64,000 bases of DNA from Halieaceae bacterium (GTDB lineage Bacteria > Pseudomonadota > Gammaproteobacteria > Pseudomonadales > Halieaceae), in the NCBI GenBank assembly GCA_047618115.1, contig JBLHKV010000001.1, positions 267-64,266 of the forward strand, read 5' to 3'. Of the stretch, positions 1-10,010 are shown in pieces. The stretch's first letter is position 1, and every line of letters starts with the position of its first letter. Both the position numbers and the translations under genes were made by a program. The notes beneath the pieces are model-generated. The model was given only the letters and a program-made list of their open reading frames with translations. It made no database searches and was not told where the DNA came from.

Positions 1-474
1 TGCGGCGATCAATTCGACCAGGGTTTCACTGGCGAAACCTGGGTGCTTCGCTTCTTCAGCAAGACGATGTAGCAGTACCTGCAGATTCCGCTCCCGAATA
101 TCCAGGCCAGCGAGCAGCCCTCGATCCGTCCACTCCAGCTCGCAGTCCAGCCAGGTATTGGTGCGCTGGGGATCGAATTCGCAGACAAGCGATTCCTGCT
201 CACAGCAGCCATCACTGACTGACTGCATGGACTCTCCCGGTGGCACCATGAAAATGTTGCCAATGCGCTCAAAACTTCGAGCGCCTGAGCGGCCGGGATA
301 ACGCCCCCGCGCGTTACCTGGGCGGGGAGTGAGGCACAAATCGACGCGGTAGCTGTCCTTTTCCTCAGAGATGCTATCCACGGGCTCAGCAAATTTGAAC
401 CTCACTAGTTGAGCAGTCGCTATGGGCGCGACCAGCTCACCTTCTACGGTCATGACATGTTTTTCAGGAGACAT
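1..474 (-). CDS. AraC/XylS-family transcriptional regulator, N-terminal (non-HTH) part; 3' end runs off the window
   Basis: Hand translation of the minus strand from the ATG at 474 gives an uninterrupted 158-codon frame down to position 1 (MSPEKHVMTVEGELVAPIATAQLVRFKF..YRVDLCLTPRPGNARGRYPGR..IGNIFMVPPGES..LLAGLDIRERNLQVLLHRLAEEAKHPGFASETLVELIAA). It is absent from the supplied track because it is open at the window edge. Track ORF 9..392 is a different frame. The family call is by resemblance only; the HTH would lie outside the window. Confidence 0.55.
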   Translation of the reverse strand, partial: MSPEKHVMTVEGELVAPIATAQLVRFKFAEPVDSISEEKDSYRVDLCLTPRPGNARGRYPGRSGARSFERIGNIFMVPPGESMQSVSDGCCEQESLVCEFDPQRTNTWLDCELEWTDRGLLAGLDIRERNLQVLLHRLAEEAKHPGFASETLVELIAA

Positions 475-589
475 AATATCTGCCAAATTTAATAATCAAC
501 GTTGTTGGCTATAAAGTGTAGCACCGATACTTGCAATCGGGCAAAAAAAGTCTCTGATGCTGCCGCTGCACTAACGGCTTATTGATGCA

Positions 590-937
590 CTAGTCATCTG
601 CTGTTGCACGGACAATCGTGAGATGTCGCGCCGATTCGGCGTGAGCTGGTTCGTCATCTCCCTGGATCTCTACCGCCAACGATATGTGCGCCAGACTGAG
701 GACCAGGTCCATCAGACGCAGTTCCTTTTCATCAAGCTGGTCGAGCGACTTTTGGTCGAGCAGATCAAGTGCGGCGGGGACTAAATCCTTACCAGCATTG
801 AAAAAACTGACCCGCTCGCTCTCTTCACTTTTGAGTCGCTGCTGCAGGCGATTATTGGCTCCTTTGATCAGCCAATAGTCAATAAAAGATTCCAGCGCTT
901 CGAAGCCGACTGGCAGGCGTGGGCTCGAATGACTCAT
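590..937 (-). CDS. hypothetical protein (115 aa), translationally coupled to the Rieske oxygenase
   Basis: Track ORF. Its ATG overlaps the oxygenase stop by 4 nt (ATGA at 934..937). Acidic sequence with no motif I recognise. Confidence 0.5.
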   Translation of the reverse strand: MSHSSPRLPVGFEALESFIDYWLIKGANNRLQQRLKSEESERVSFFNAGKDLVPAALDLLDQKSLDQLDEKELRLMDLVLSLAHISLAVEIQGDDEPAHAESARHLTIVRATADD

Positions 938-2133
938 TGCTCAGCAGTTCCATTTTTCAGCTCGGCTTTATAGGCTTGTACCCGCTGGTCGACCTGGTTA
1001 AATAAATGCCTGCACAGCACCTCCTGGGATTGGAAGTGCAGGTGTGACAATGCGCCGCTGGCTAACCCTCGATGACCAGCTTCAATCACAGCACGATCCT
1101 CGCAGTGAATATCCAGTGCAGTGGCCATGGCATATTCGCGGGCAAAACGCTCGGAGGCGGTGTCGTCCTCGCCATTCCAGTACAAGCGAATAATGCTGCG
1201 AGTTTTATTGGCAGCAATGGGCACAATAAGCTGGGAGAACGGTGTCATCGCCGCGCCCAGGATAAACAGGTTGGGGAAGATGCCGAAATATTCCTTGTCC
1301 TGAAGATTGTAGCCGGCCTGCATTGCATGGCGGGCACCTTTACCAAATGCAAATGCCTGAAACGGCCGTAGTTCGGCATCCGGATTGGACCAAATAGTTT
1401 GGCTGCGATGCGGGTCGTAGAATCTATACCGAACCGGATAGCCATAGGGATTCTGCGGGCCACCGGCGGCCTCTCCTGAGCGCGGGTGAATAAATCGGAG
1501 GTGGTAGTTCTCCTGAAAGTTGTCATAGGTCAGCTTCCAGTTGGCATCGACCTCATAGATGTATTCGGAATAGTTGGTGGCTTTTGCATGGGGTAGTTTT
1601 TCCAGCTCCGGCACCAGCGGGCCGAGGTATTCCTTGAGCGTTTGCTGTGGCGACTTGTCCAGATTGATAAAAATAAAGCCGGCACAGACGCCAACAGATA
1701 CAGCAGGCAGGGAGCAGTTTGAGGGATTGGTATAAAACTTGTCAGCTTCGGGGGCCGAGAGCAGCTTGCCCTCATTGGAAAAAGTCCAGGCATGGTAGGG
1801 GCAGGTAAAACGGGAGCGCTTACCACTGTCGACCTGTACCAGCTCAGTGCCCCGGTGGGGGCAGACATTGTGAAACGCTCGAACTTCGCCATCCCGATCG
1901 CGGGTAATCAGCAAAGAAGTATTACCCGCTTCAAAGGGACGGACGATAAAACTGCCTGGATCAGAAATTTCACAGCTATGACCGATCTGAATCCAGCTGC
2001 GCTTAAAAATGGCCTCCCGCTCCAGCTCAAAGTATTCGGGCTGGTAATAGGGTTCTGTTGGGATGGGGTCGGTGCCGACAAACGCCAGGTCTTCTTTGGG
2101 TACGGGCTCGAAATGTTGGTTTTTTACAGTCAT
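934..2133 (-). CDS. Rieske [2Fe-2S] non-haem-iron oxygenase, catalytic alpha subunit (no beta subunit adjacent)
   Basis: 399 aa. Rieske motif C-x-H-x17-C-x2-H (NVCPHRGTELV...RFTCPYHAWTF). Mononuclear-iron region NFQENYHLRFIHP. Confidence 0.9.
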   Translation of the reverse strand: MTVKNQHFEPVPKEDLAFVGTDPIPTEPYYQPEYFELEREAIFKRSWIQIGHSCEISDPGSFIVRPFEAGNTSLLITRDRDGEVRAFHNVCPHRGTELVQVDSGKRSRFTCPYHAWTFSNEGKLLSAPEADKFYTNPSNCSLPAVSVGVCAGFIFINLDKSPQQTLKEYLGPLVPELEKLPHAKATNYSEYIYEVDANWKLTYDNFQENYHLRFIHPRSGEAAGGPQNPYGYPVRYRFYDPHRSQTIWSNPDAELRPFQAFAFGKGARHAMQAGYNLQDKEYFGIFPNLFILGAAMTPFSQLIVPIAANKTRSIIRLYWNGEDDTASERFAREYAMATALDIHCEDRAVIEAGHRGLASGALSHLHFQSQEVLCRHLFNQVDQRVQAYKAELKNGTAEQ

Positions 2134-2207
2134 CGCAGTATCCCCACCGGTGTTCTTTGTTTCTTTGTGTTGCCGCAGTCTTGCTAAAAATTACAACACC
2201 CTCGTCG

Positions 2208-2233
2208 TTTTTACAACACAGGTGTTGTAAAAA
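2208..2233. promoter_or_regulatory. perfect 12+12 bp inverted repeat (TTTTTACAACAC ag GTGTTGTAAAAA); candidate TetR operator
   Basis: Checked base by base: positions 2208-2219 pair perfectly with 2222-2233. The extra half-site TTACAACAC at 2191-2199 is an exact copy of 2211-2219, 20 bp upstream. The repeat lies in the 218-bp divergent spacer between the Rieske oxygenase (start 2133, minus) and the TetR gene (start 2352, plus). Confidence 0.6.
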
Positions 2234-2351
2234 TAGCGTGGTACTGAGATTATTTAATGGAATCTGTACATATTCTTTTGCGGTGTACGGAAAACAAGGC
2301 GCCGCCTACTGTAAATCAGTGTTTCCAAAAAAATTCTGAGAAGGTTTTTAT

Positions 2352-2939
2352 ATGTCAGCACCAGATAGAACAAGCCAACGCCGCAATAAATGTTTTGATG
2401 AGACCCATCGGAGCATGATTAAAACCTCGGCCGGCCTGATCGCCGAGAAGGGGATAGAGTCTCTCTCAATAGCGGCCTTGGCCAGGTCGATGAGTATCAA
2501 CCGAACCACCGTGTACTACCACTTCGACAGTAGAGAAAAGCTGATCGATGAAGTGAAGACCTGGTCCTCCGATCAGCTCGCTCAAGCCTTTCGGCAGGAT
2601 ATGACGCGCCAGGATCGCATAGAGCATATCTATCACTTTGTGCTGGACAATCCCGAGCTGATCAAGCTGTGGCTGGACGACCTGATGTCTGTGGGTGATA
2701 TACGCCAACTGTACCCGCACTGGAATGAGCTCGTGAATGGGATCCGGGAACATTTTCTGGGCTCGGACCTTGAGGGGACTATTGACCCGGAGGTCTTCTG
2801 CGTCAACTTGCTGACTAGTGCCTTTGTTGGGCCCAGAGTCTTCAAGCACAGCGTTTGCCCGACCGCCGACAATGAGGCGGTGGTCCAGCGCTTCAAGGCA
2901 GAGAGCATGCGCATGTTAGCAAGCCTGTCTCTCGCCTAA
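2352..2939 (+). CDS. TetR/AcrR-family transcriptional regulator
   Basis: 195 aa. The N-terminal HTH region SIAALARSMSINRTTVYYHFDSREKL is typical of TetR. The gene is divergent from the oxygenase gene. Confidence 0.85.
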   Translation: MSAPDRTSQRRNKCFDETHRSMIKTSAGLIAEKGIESLSIAALARSMSINRTTVYYHFDSREKLIDEVKTWSSDQLAQAFRQDMTRQDRIEHIYHFVLDNPELIKLWLDDLMSVGDIRQLYPHWNELVNGIREHFLGSDLEGTIDPEVFCVNLLTSAFVGPRVFKHSVCPTADNEAVVQRFKAESMRMLASLSLA

Positions 2940-2998
2940 GTGCGGTTATCCGGCGGCAATAGCATTTTAAGACCTAAAGAAGCAATAAGAGGTGGACT

Positions 2999-3919
2999 AT
3001 GAGGTTGGGGTTTTCAATGCCGCATATGCTGCGGATAAAGGCAATAACTCAGCCCTGGGAAGCGCATGTGACTGGAGCAGATCAGACACGCCTAGCGAAG
3101 CTGGCGGAAAAACTGGGTTACGAGATGATAGCGGTACCCGAACACTTCCTTGTGCCGCAGGAACACCGGGAGCTGTCCGGGCCGCATTATTTTAATGCCT
3201 CCAGTGCCATGGCTTACTGGGCTGGTGCGACCGAGAAAATTCGGGTCAACAGCTGTATCTCTATTTTACCTTTGCAGAACCCCATCATCACAGCCAAAGC
3301 ACTTGCCACTATGGACTGGCTCTCCAGTGGTCGTGTCACCATTACGTTTGCAGTCGGCTGGTTGAAAGGTGAATTCGATGCTATGGGTGTCGACTACCAT
3401 CAGCGCGGTGAGATCAGTGAGGAATATATCCAGGCTATCATCGAGCTGTGGACTAAAGAGAAACCCGAGTTCGAGGGCAAATACGTTTCCTTCCGAGACG
3501 TTGCCTTCGAGCCCAAGTGCTTCCAAAAACCGCATCTCCCTATCTGGTTTGGAGGTGATGCTGATGCCGTATTAAAGCGCACTGCACGCTATGCCACCGG
3601 TTGGTGGCCCTTCCTCACCAAACCCGAAGATATCCCAGCCAAGATCGACTTTATTAAGTCGCAGCCGGACTACAAAGGCAAGTTGACCGATATTTTCTAT
3701 GGTTTTGCTACCTCTCGTGTTGGAGATGGCCACGTTGTGCAAACAGACCCGCGCGCCAGACCCGGCATGACCAAGCAAGAAATTATCGACCGCCTCTGTT
3801 GGCTCATGGATATGGGTGTCACATGGAGTTCAGTGCCGATACCGCGAGTGAAGCACATAGAGGACTATTGTGATTACACGCAGTGGGTTGCCGAAGAAAT
3901 CATGCCTGTGGTTAAGTGA
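2999..3919 (+). CDS. luciferase-like (LLM class) flavin/F420-dependent oxidoreductase
   Basis: 306 aa. MRLGFSMP..LAKLAEKLGYEMIAVPEHF..SGRVTITFAVGW..PIWFGG.. is the pattern typical of LLM TIM-barrel oxidoreductases. Confidence 0.8.
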   Translation: MRLGFSMPHMLRIKAITQPWEAHVTGADQTRLAKLAEKLGYEMIAVPEHFLVPQEHRELSGPHYFNASSAMAYWAGATEKIRVNSCISILPLQNPIITAKALATMDWLSSGRVTITFAVGWLKGEFDAMGVDYHQRGEISEEYIQAIIELWTKEKPEFEGKYVSFRDVAFEPKCFQKPHLPIWFGGDADAVLKRTARYATGWWPFLTKPEDIPAKIDFIKSQPDYKGKLTDIFYGFATSRVGDGHVVQTDPRARPGMTKQEIIDRLCWLMDMGVTWSSVPIPRVKHIEDYCDYTQWVAEEIMPVVK

Positions 3920-3992
3920 GGGGGAAACGACCGCTGTGATCCGCCAAAACTTTAGACCCATGACCTTGATGAGATAACTGACCCTGCACGGG

Positions 3993-4792
3993 ATGGAGAC
4001 CACAATGTACAAACTTGGCATTCACCACATGAGCGCGCTGGAAGCGGATCCGCTCTCCTTCGTTTCCCTTGTCGCAGAAGCGGGCTGCAATGAAATATCC
4101 GTATTCACGCAAGCACCCGGGTCCAGCTCAAGATTTCCTCTGGTGACAACGCAAAACCTTGTCGGCATGAAGGCGAGATTGGAAGACAACGGTATATACG
4201 TTACCAATGTCGATGCATTCATCATTAGCCCGACACAGATATCGCAGCCTTCAGGCCTGCCCTGGAACTTGGTGCCGAACTGAGTGCCCGCGGTGCGGTG
4301 ACTATCGTCTACGACGCTGATGAATCTCGTGCAATCGATTCCCTAGGAGCCCTGTGTAACGTGGCAGAGCCGCTGGGCCTGAAGATCGCCATCGAATTCG
4401 TGGCCGTCACTCCTGCCTGGAATACGCTGGCGAGCGCAGCGGAGCTGGTGACCAAAATCGGACACCGCAACCTCGCCCTGGATATCGATATTTTACATCT
4501 AGCGCGTTCGGGAGGGACGCCAGCAGATGTGGCAGCACTTGAATCTCGCCTGATTGCACACGCACAACTCAGTGATGTTGCAGACCTCACGGCTACCGCT
4601 GATTACGGCGAGGAGGCTGCAGCCAACCGTGTTACTCCCGGTGATGGCGTATTCCCACTGGATGCATTCCTGCGAGCACTGCCCAAGGGAACCCCGCTGG
4701 AACTGGAAGTTCCCCAGCCACCAGACCGGCCCGCTATAGAGCGCCTTCGACATGTAGTAACCGCTACACGGCAGCTGCTAGACGCCCTGTAG
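3993..4792 (+). pseudogene. xylose-isomerase-like TIM-barrel (sugar phosphate isomerase/epimerase family) gene split by a 1-nt frameshift near 4229-4232
   Basis: Track ORFs 3993..4283 and 4298..4792 are the two halves of one protein of about 266 aa. Frame 0 reads ..NVDAFIISP and then nonsense to a stop at 4283. The next frame opens after the TAG at 4226-4228 and reads DTDIAAFRPALELGAELSARGAVTIVYDADE.. into the second ORF. The joined protein is collinear with the intact paralog at 47778..48596 (ELGAR region; R-x-PGDG-x-PL motif). Confidence 0.7.
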
Positions 4793-4838
4793 AAGTGATA
4801 CAAAAAATGCATGTTTCACAACGTTGACGCCGCTGCTT

Positions 4839-5984
4839 TCAGGACTTGACCGGGATTGCAAAGCGCTCGCAATAATCCTTATACCGCTCGCGAATTTGCT
4901 CCTTGTTTAGCCCGTAATCCTCTAACGAATAGGCATGACTGCCGTGCTTACCCTTGGGGTTGTCCTGAATATAGCGATTCATTGCAGTTTCGGCTTCTGC
5001 GGTGAAAGGCTCATCGAAGTGCTGGTAGACCTTTCTAATTTCCTCAATCGGGTCGCGCATAACATCCGCGTATTGAATGTCGCAGATTGAATCCCAGCCG
5101 TGCTTTTCCTTGTAGGCCAAGGTGCGCGCAATCATTACATCAAAAGTTTCCAGTAAACTTTGCCCGATGACCTTGGGGTCGACATCGTCACTGAACATCG
5201 GGCGCACGGTATTGACCAGACTGCAGGCAGATCCGACAACATCGACAGGGTCGCGGTGCGTCATAACCAACTGGGCGTCGGGGTAGATTGTGGTGAGTTC
5301 CTTGAGATAGAGCGGGTGCCATGGATTTTTCAGTGTCCAGCGGCCGCCGGTCTGAGCTTGTAATAACTGCAACAGGCGCTTGTGATATTGGAAGGCTGGC
5401 AGATAGTCCGCTTCGTGGAGAAACCATTGATGGTAACTCGGAATATCGTACATCGAGTCATAGTATTGTGCGACGAACGAAGGCGACATCGAAAACTGGC
5501 ACTCGGTCGGGCTGTCGGCGTCCTCGTGATGAATGGCTGAAATATGGGGCGCATATTTAAGCGACATTTCAATCTGTGCCTGGCTGGCCTCGTAGCGCGG
5601 CCCCCCATGCAGTTCAGATGTTTGGGGCGGCGGCACCGAATCAAACGCCTCCCAGCGCAGAAAAGACCGGCGGGAAGGATCGGCACTTAGAAGGTTGATC
5701 GCCAGTGTCGTACCCGTGCGCGGCAGGCCGAACACAAACAGGGGCTTTTCAATTGGCCGCTCCAGCACATGCGGATGCCGCGCCAGATAATCCTCTACCT
5801 TCATACGGTTTGCCAGCGTTGCGATCAGATTAGCCTGCACGCTCTGTGTTCCGCGATCAGTGAGCTTCGCCTCACTATTAAGCGCATCGACGAGGCGACC
5901 CAGCGCCTCCAGAATACCGTCATCGCCAAGCTGGCTCAGACCGGTTTGCTGCTGCGCGGCGGCGATTAGTTCGTCAACTTGCAT
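4839..5984 (-). CDS. PAPS-type sulfotransferase family protein (paralog 1 of 3)
   Basis: 381 aa. 5'-phosphosulfate loop GLPRTGTTLAINLL. 3'-phosphate region LVMTHRDPVDVVGSACS. No signal peptide. Confidence 0.85.
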   Translation of the reverse strand: MQVDELIAAAQQQTGLSQLGDDGILEALGRLVDALNSEAKLTDRGTQSVQANLIATLANRMKVEDYLARHPHVLERPIEKPLFVFGLPRTGTTLAINLLSADPSRRSFLRWEAFDSVPPPQTSELHGGPRYEASQAQIEMSLKYAPHISAIHHEDADSPTECQFSMSPSFVAQYYDSMYDIPSYHQWFLHEADYLPAFQYHKRLLQLLQAQTGGRWTLKNPWHPLYLKELTTIYPDAQLVMTHRDPVDVVGSACSLVNTVRPMFSDDVDPKVIGQSLLETFDVMIARTLAYKEKHGWDSICDIQYADVMRDPIEEIRKVYQHFDEPFTAEAETAMNRYIQDNPKGKHGSHAYSLEDYGLNKEQIRERYKDYCERFAIPVKS

Positions 5985-6266
5985 AGTATTTTCCCCGATC
6001 AGTTATGCGCTTTGGAGGAACGCTACGACCATAGTGACACGGAATCCGGATACCTGATTTTTGCACGGCCACCCAGGGCCTGACAATGTTAATCGGCTTC
6101 GAAATCGGGCCGGCTATCGACATGCGGCCATGTGTCCCGGTCGATGCACTGCGGCCTGTAGTCGACACAGTTATTGATTGTGACGAGGGCTCACGTTTCC
6201 TACACTGGGAGATCTCTGGGTCGCGCAAAGCCACGACTCTTATTTACGATCTCACTGGAGGTAATA

Positions 6267-7076
6267 ATGTCCAAGGGTTTATTTGATCTGAGCGGTAAAG
6301 TCGCACTGGTTACCGGGGGCAACAGCGGACTTGGCCTGGGCTTTGCCCGGGGCATCGCCAAACAGGGTGGAGATGTAGTGATATGGGGCCGATCTCAGGA
6401 AAAGAATACTATCGCAGTCGATGAGCTGCAGGCACTGGGCGTGCGCGCTTCCGCACGCGCTGTCGATGTCTCCTCACAGGACGAGGTTATCGCCGGCTTT
6501 GAAGCACTGATGGCTGAATATGGACGGATCGATACCGTGATCGCCAATGCGGGCATGCCACCCAACACGCGCTCCATTCTGAGCACCAGCAAGGAGGACT
6601 ACCTAACCCTTCTGGGCACCAATATGCACGGGGCTTTTTACACACTGCAAGAGGGTGCCAAGTTGATGGTCACTCGAGCCGAAGCCGGTGAACCCGGGGG
6701 CTCACTGATTTTCTGTGGCAGTCTGTCAATTTTTCAGGGCGTACCCGGTATCGGCCCCTATGCTGCAGCCAAAGGCGGCATCAGCGCGGCACTGCGCTGT
6801 ATGGCAGTGGAACTGGGTCAATTTGGTATTCGCGCCAATACCATTGCCCCAGGATACGTCAAGAGCGGTTTTGCAGGCGGCACCCAGGACGGAAAAATTC
6901 TGCCTGAAGAGGAATGGAATGATATCGACAAGCTCTTTGCCGGAAAAGGCGCCATCAAGCGGCCCGGTTTCCCGGAGGATTTTGAAGGCGTTGCCGCCTA
7001 TCTCGCCAGTGATGCCTCCCGCTGGCACAGCGGGGATACCATTGTGATCGACGGTGCATCCCTGATACACATTTAA
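6267..7076 (+). CDS. short-chain dehydrogenase/reductase (SDR)
   Basis: Start re-called to the ATG at 6267, preceded by GGAGG (6258-6262). MSKGLFDLSGKVALVTGGNSGLGLG (TGxxxGxG). The track ORF 6174..7076 carries an unsupported N-terminal extension. Confidence 0.9.
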   Translation: MSKGLFDLSGKVALVTGGNSGLGLGFARGIAKQGGDVVIWGRSQEKNTIAVDELQALGVRASARAVDVSSQDEVIAGFEALMAEYGRIDTVIANAGMPPNTRSILSTSKEDYLTLLGTNMHGAFYTLQEGAKLMVTRAEAGEPGGSLIFCGSLSIFQGVPGIGPYAAAKGGISAALRCMAVELGQFGIRANTIAPGYVKSGFAGGTQDGKILPEEEWNDIDKLFAGKGAIKRPGFPEDFEGVAAYLASDASRWHSGDTIVIDGASLIHI

Positions 7077-7101
7077 CAAGCTGTTTGCCGGAGAATTCAC
7101 C

Positions 7102-8112
7102 ATGCGAAGTATGCTCAATATCCACGAGGTGGGCGATGCCCGCCTCGATCAGGTCGCCACACCCACACCGGGAAGCAAAGATGTTCTGGTCGACATAAAA
7201 GCCTGTGGTATCTGCGGCAGTGATCTTACCTACATCAAGGTTGGGGGAATCATGCGCCCACCAGGTGGTGTGACACCACTGGGGCATGAAGCCGCAGGTG
7301 TAATCGCCTACGTAGGTGCAGACGTGGAAGGTGTCAGCGTGGGCCAGCGCGTGATCATCAACCCGATGATGACCCCCAGCATGATAGGCAGTGGCGGCCC
7401 GGAAGGTGCCTTTACCGAACAGCTGCTGGTAAGTGACGCCCGTATCGGCGACAGCCTGCTGCCCATCCCCGACGATCTTCCCTACGATATCGCCGCACTG
7501 ACCGAGCCACTGGCGGTGGCCCTGCACGGCGTCAACCGGGCCGAGGTGAAACCCGGCGACAAAGTGGTCGTCTTCGGTTGCGGGCCCATCGGGCTAGGCA
7601 TGGTTTTATGGCTGCTTGAGCGCGGTGTTACAGATGTCGTTGCGCTGGATCTTTCAGAAGACCGGCTGGCCCGTGCGAGAGCCCTGGGTGCCCAGGCCGC
7701 ACTAAACCCTACCGAAGTAGATTTACGCGAGGAGCTGATGAAACTGCACGGCGTCGGCAGGGTCCTGAACCGCGATGCTGTAGGAACCGATGCCTTTATC
7801 GATGCCGCCGGCGCACCTAATATTCTCGCAGATGTCATCCGCATGGCGAAGTTTCACGCCAGGATGGTTGTGACCGCCGCGTACCTCGCGCCAATAGAAA
7901 TCCCGCTAGGCTCGATGCTGACCACGGAGATGACCATCACCACCGCCATGGGCTACCCCACTGAAATGCCTGAAGTTGTGGCTGCCCTGCCAAGACTGAA
8001 AGACAAGCTGGCACCCATGATCAGCCACCACTTCCCCCTGGAACAGGTCGTCGAGGCTTTGGACGTGGCGAGAGATCCCTCGTCTGCAAAAGTGATGATT
8101 GATATCGGCTAA
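7102..8112 (+). CDS. zinc-dependent medium-chain alcohol dehydrogenase (MDR)
   Basis: 336 aa. CGICGSDL and GHEAAGVI zinc/catalytic motifs. GCGPIGLG Rossmann motif. Confidence 0.9.
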   Translation: MRSMLNIHEVGDARLDQVATPTPGSKDVLVDIKACGICGSDLTYIKVGGIMRPPGGVTPLGHEAAGVIAYVGADVEGVSVGQRVIINPMMTPSMIGSGGPEGAFTEQLLVSDARIGDSLLPIPDDLPYDIAALTEPLAVALHGVNRAEVKPGDKVVVFGCGPIGLGMVLWLLERGVTDVVALDLSEDRLARARALGAQAALNPTEVDLREELMKLHGVGRVLNRDAVGTDAFIDAAGAPNILADVIRMAKFHARMVVTAAYLAPIEIPLGSMLTTEMTITTAMGYPTEMPEVVAALPRLKDKLAPMISHHFPLEQVVEALDVARDPSSAKVMIDIG

Positions 8113-8146
8113 AGTTTTAGCACTGGGACCAACGAGCAAGAAGCGG

Positions 8147-9961
8147 TCAAATTATTCCGCTGAAATCTTTGCGGGGATACTCGACACAACCGAAGTCCGC
8201 GTATTCCTTCTCATCCCAGAAATCGCTGCTGAGCGCATAATAGAGCAGCTGCACGTAAAGTTCGCAGCGCTCCCGCTCCGTCTCGATTGCAGTATCCTCT
8301 TTCAACCGCTTTTTAATATCGGCAATATAAACCGCCTCGGCGGTCATTCGGACCCCGCCACTGCGTGTGGAATCAAAAACGATTTTACCGCCAACGCGCT
8401 CTTCCCAGGGAGCCCACTGCACAGCGCCAGGCTCTTCGCCACCCGAGGGTATGCCTGATCGGGCGAAGTTGGCCCAGTAGGTCACCATGGTGTCACTGAG
8501 CTCGTCCCAGCTAGGCTGATCACTCGCCCTTGCGTATCTGGGCAGGGTCGACACCGCATCCGGACCAAACAGAAACACCACTTCTATGCCGTGGGCCGCA
8601 CCGTACAAATCTGCCATCGGGGAGCCCCAGCGGGCCGGCTGTTCCGACCAGTCAAAGCGGTATGCATAGACTTTTCCGGGCTGGCTGCGACTCAAAACAC
8701 GAGCTGGCTCATTGACGCCAACCGCCTGCCACTGATCAGAAAAATAACTCGCAATGCGATTGTAGTCCTTACTGTCTTTAATTCTGGGAAACAGGCCGAG
8801 GTATTTATCGATAAAACGCGGGGAAGATGACAGGAAAAATTTGTACTCATCACGATTGCTCCCCAGAATAATGGGAACACTATTGTATTTAGACGGGTCG
8901 GAAAATATTTCGAAAAGCGACTCCCTGGGCAGAACAATACCATCGCGAATATTGGTCGGTGTGGTATAGCCAAGGCTACCCCTGCGATCAACGCTGGCAA
9001 ACAGTTCTTTGGGCGACTTGTTCTGCAGATAATCGACCAGCTCCTGATCTTCCATCCCATCCTGCAACTGCCTGGCCCCCTCGCGACCCCTCGACAGCTC
9101 GTCGGTGACAAACAACTTGTTAATAAACTCGCGGAAGCTATAGCTCAGGCCGGGTTGCGGATCGTCGATATAGTTTTCGGCTCTCGCCTGCGGTATCGAA
9201 TTCAAAGTGCCACTTTGCGCAATAGCCTTGTGGAACAGCCCACTTGCCTGCGGGGTGGCGAGCAGCGCAATGACGTCAAATGCCCCCGCACTCTGGCCAA
9301 AGATCGTGACGTTCTCCGGGTCTCCCCCGAACTGAGAAATGTCCTGCTGAACCCATTGCAGCGCCGCCACCATGTCAAGCAGGGCGAAATTGCTTGATTC
9401 GTCGAGCTCTTCGGGAGCTGTATTACGCAGGGCTGGATGACTGAACCAGCCCAGTATTCCAAGCCGATACTGAATTGATACCACGATGACATTTTCGCGC
9501 ACCGCAAACCGATAGGGATCGGCTGGACTGCTGCCACCAAGCGTATTTGCACCACCGTGGATCCATACCATGACAGGTAACTTCGCCACCGCCAATTGCT
9601 CCGGACTTAACCCCGGCGACCATACATTCAGATACAGACAGTCCTCGTCGCCAAAAACAATACGAGGCTTGAGCCACGCAAAAGGTAGAAGCTGGGAACA
9701 CATGGATGAGTGCGACAAAGCCTCTAGTGCGCCACCCCATGGCTTAACCGGCCGGGGAGCCCGCCAACGCAGATCGCCCACCGGGGGACTGGCGAAGGGG
9801 ATGCCCAACCAGGCGAAAATGCCCGTGTCATGTTCGTAACCGACGACATCTCCCGCGCTGAGGTGCCGCAGCGCGAGCTCACTGGATCGCGGGGAAGACA
9901 GCAAAGTGAAGCCGGCGCCCAGCAGCAAAAAAAATGCTACAACGAGGAGAATTCTTTTCAT
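8147..9961 (-). CDS. exported type-B carboxylesterase/lipase
   Basis: Start re-called to the ATG at 9961 (MKRILLVVAFFLLLGAGFTLLSS signal peptide). EDCLYLNVWSP and the nucleophile elbow FGQSAGA are present. Confidence 0.9.
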   Translation of the reverse strand: MKRILLVVAFFLLLGAGFTLLSSPRSSELALRHLSAGDVVGYEHDTGIFAWLGIPFASPPVGDLRWRAPRPVKPWGGALEALSHSSMCSQLLPFAWLKPRIVFGDEDCLYLNVWSPGLSPEQLAVAKLPVMVWIHGGANTLGGSSPADPYRFAVRENVIVVSIQYRLGILGWFSHPALRNTAPEELDESSNFALLDMVAALQWVQQDISQFGGDPENVTIFGQSAGAFDVIALLATPQASGLFHKAIAQSGTLNSIPQARAENYIDDPQPGLSYSFREFINKLFVTDELSRGREGARQLQDGMEDQELVDYLQNKSPKELFASVDRRGSLGYTTPTNIRDGIVLPRESLFEIFSDPSKYNSVPIILGSNRDEYKFFLSSSPRFIDKYLGLFPRIKDSKDYNRIASYFSDQWQAVGVNEPARVLSRSQPGKVYAYRFDWSEQPARWGSPMADLYGAAHGIEVVFLFGPDAVSTLPRYARASDQPSWDELSDTMVTYWANFARSGIPSGGEEPGAVQWAPWEERVGGKIVFDSTRSGGVRMTAEAVYIADIKKRLKEDTAIETERERCELYVQLLYYALSSDFWDEKEYADFGCVEYPRKDFSGII

Positions 9962-10010
9962 TTCTATGCCATAGAGTCCGTGTGGTTTCGCTACAATGTC
10001 AGAGCTTTGG

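Noticed and set aside
9-392. Track ORF 9..392 (minus, 127 aa)
   Set aside because: It is in a different frame from the uninterrupted 158-codon AraC-like frame 1..474, and its translation has no coding-like features. It is superseded by the edge-open ORF.
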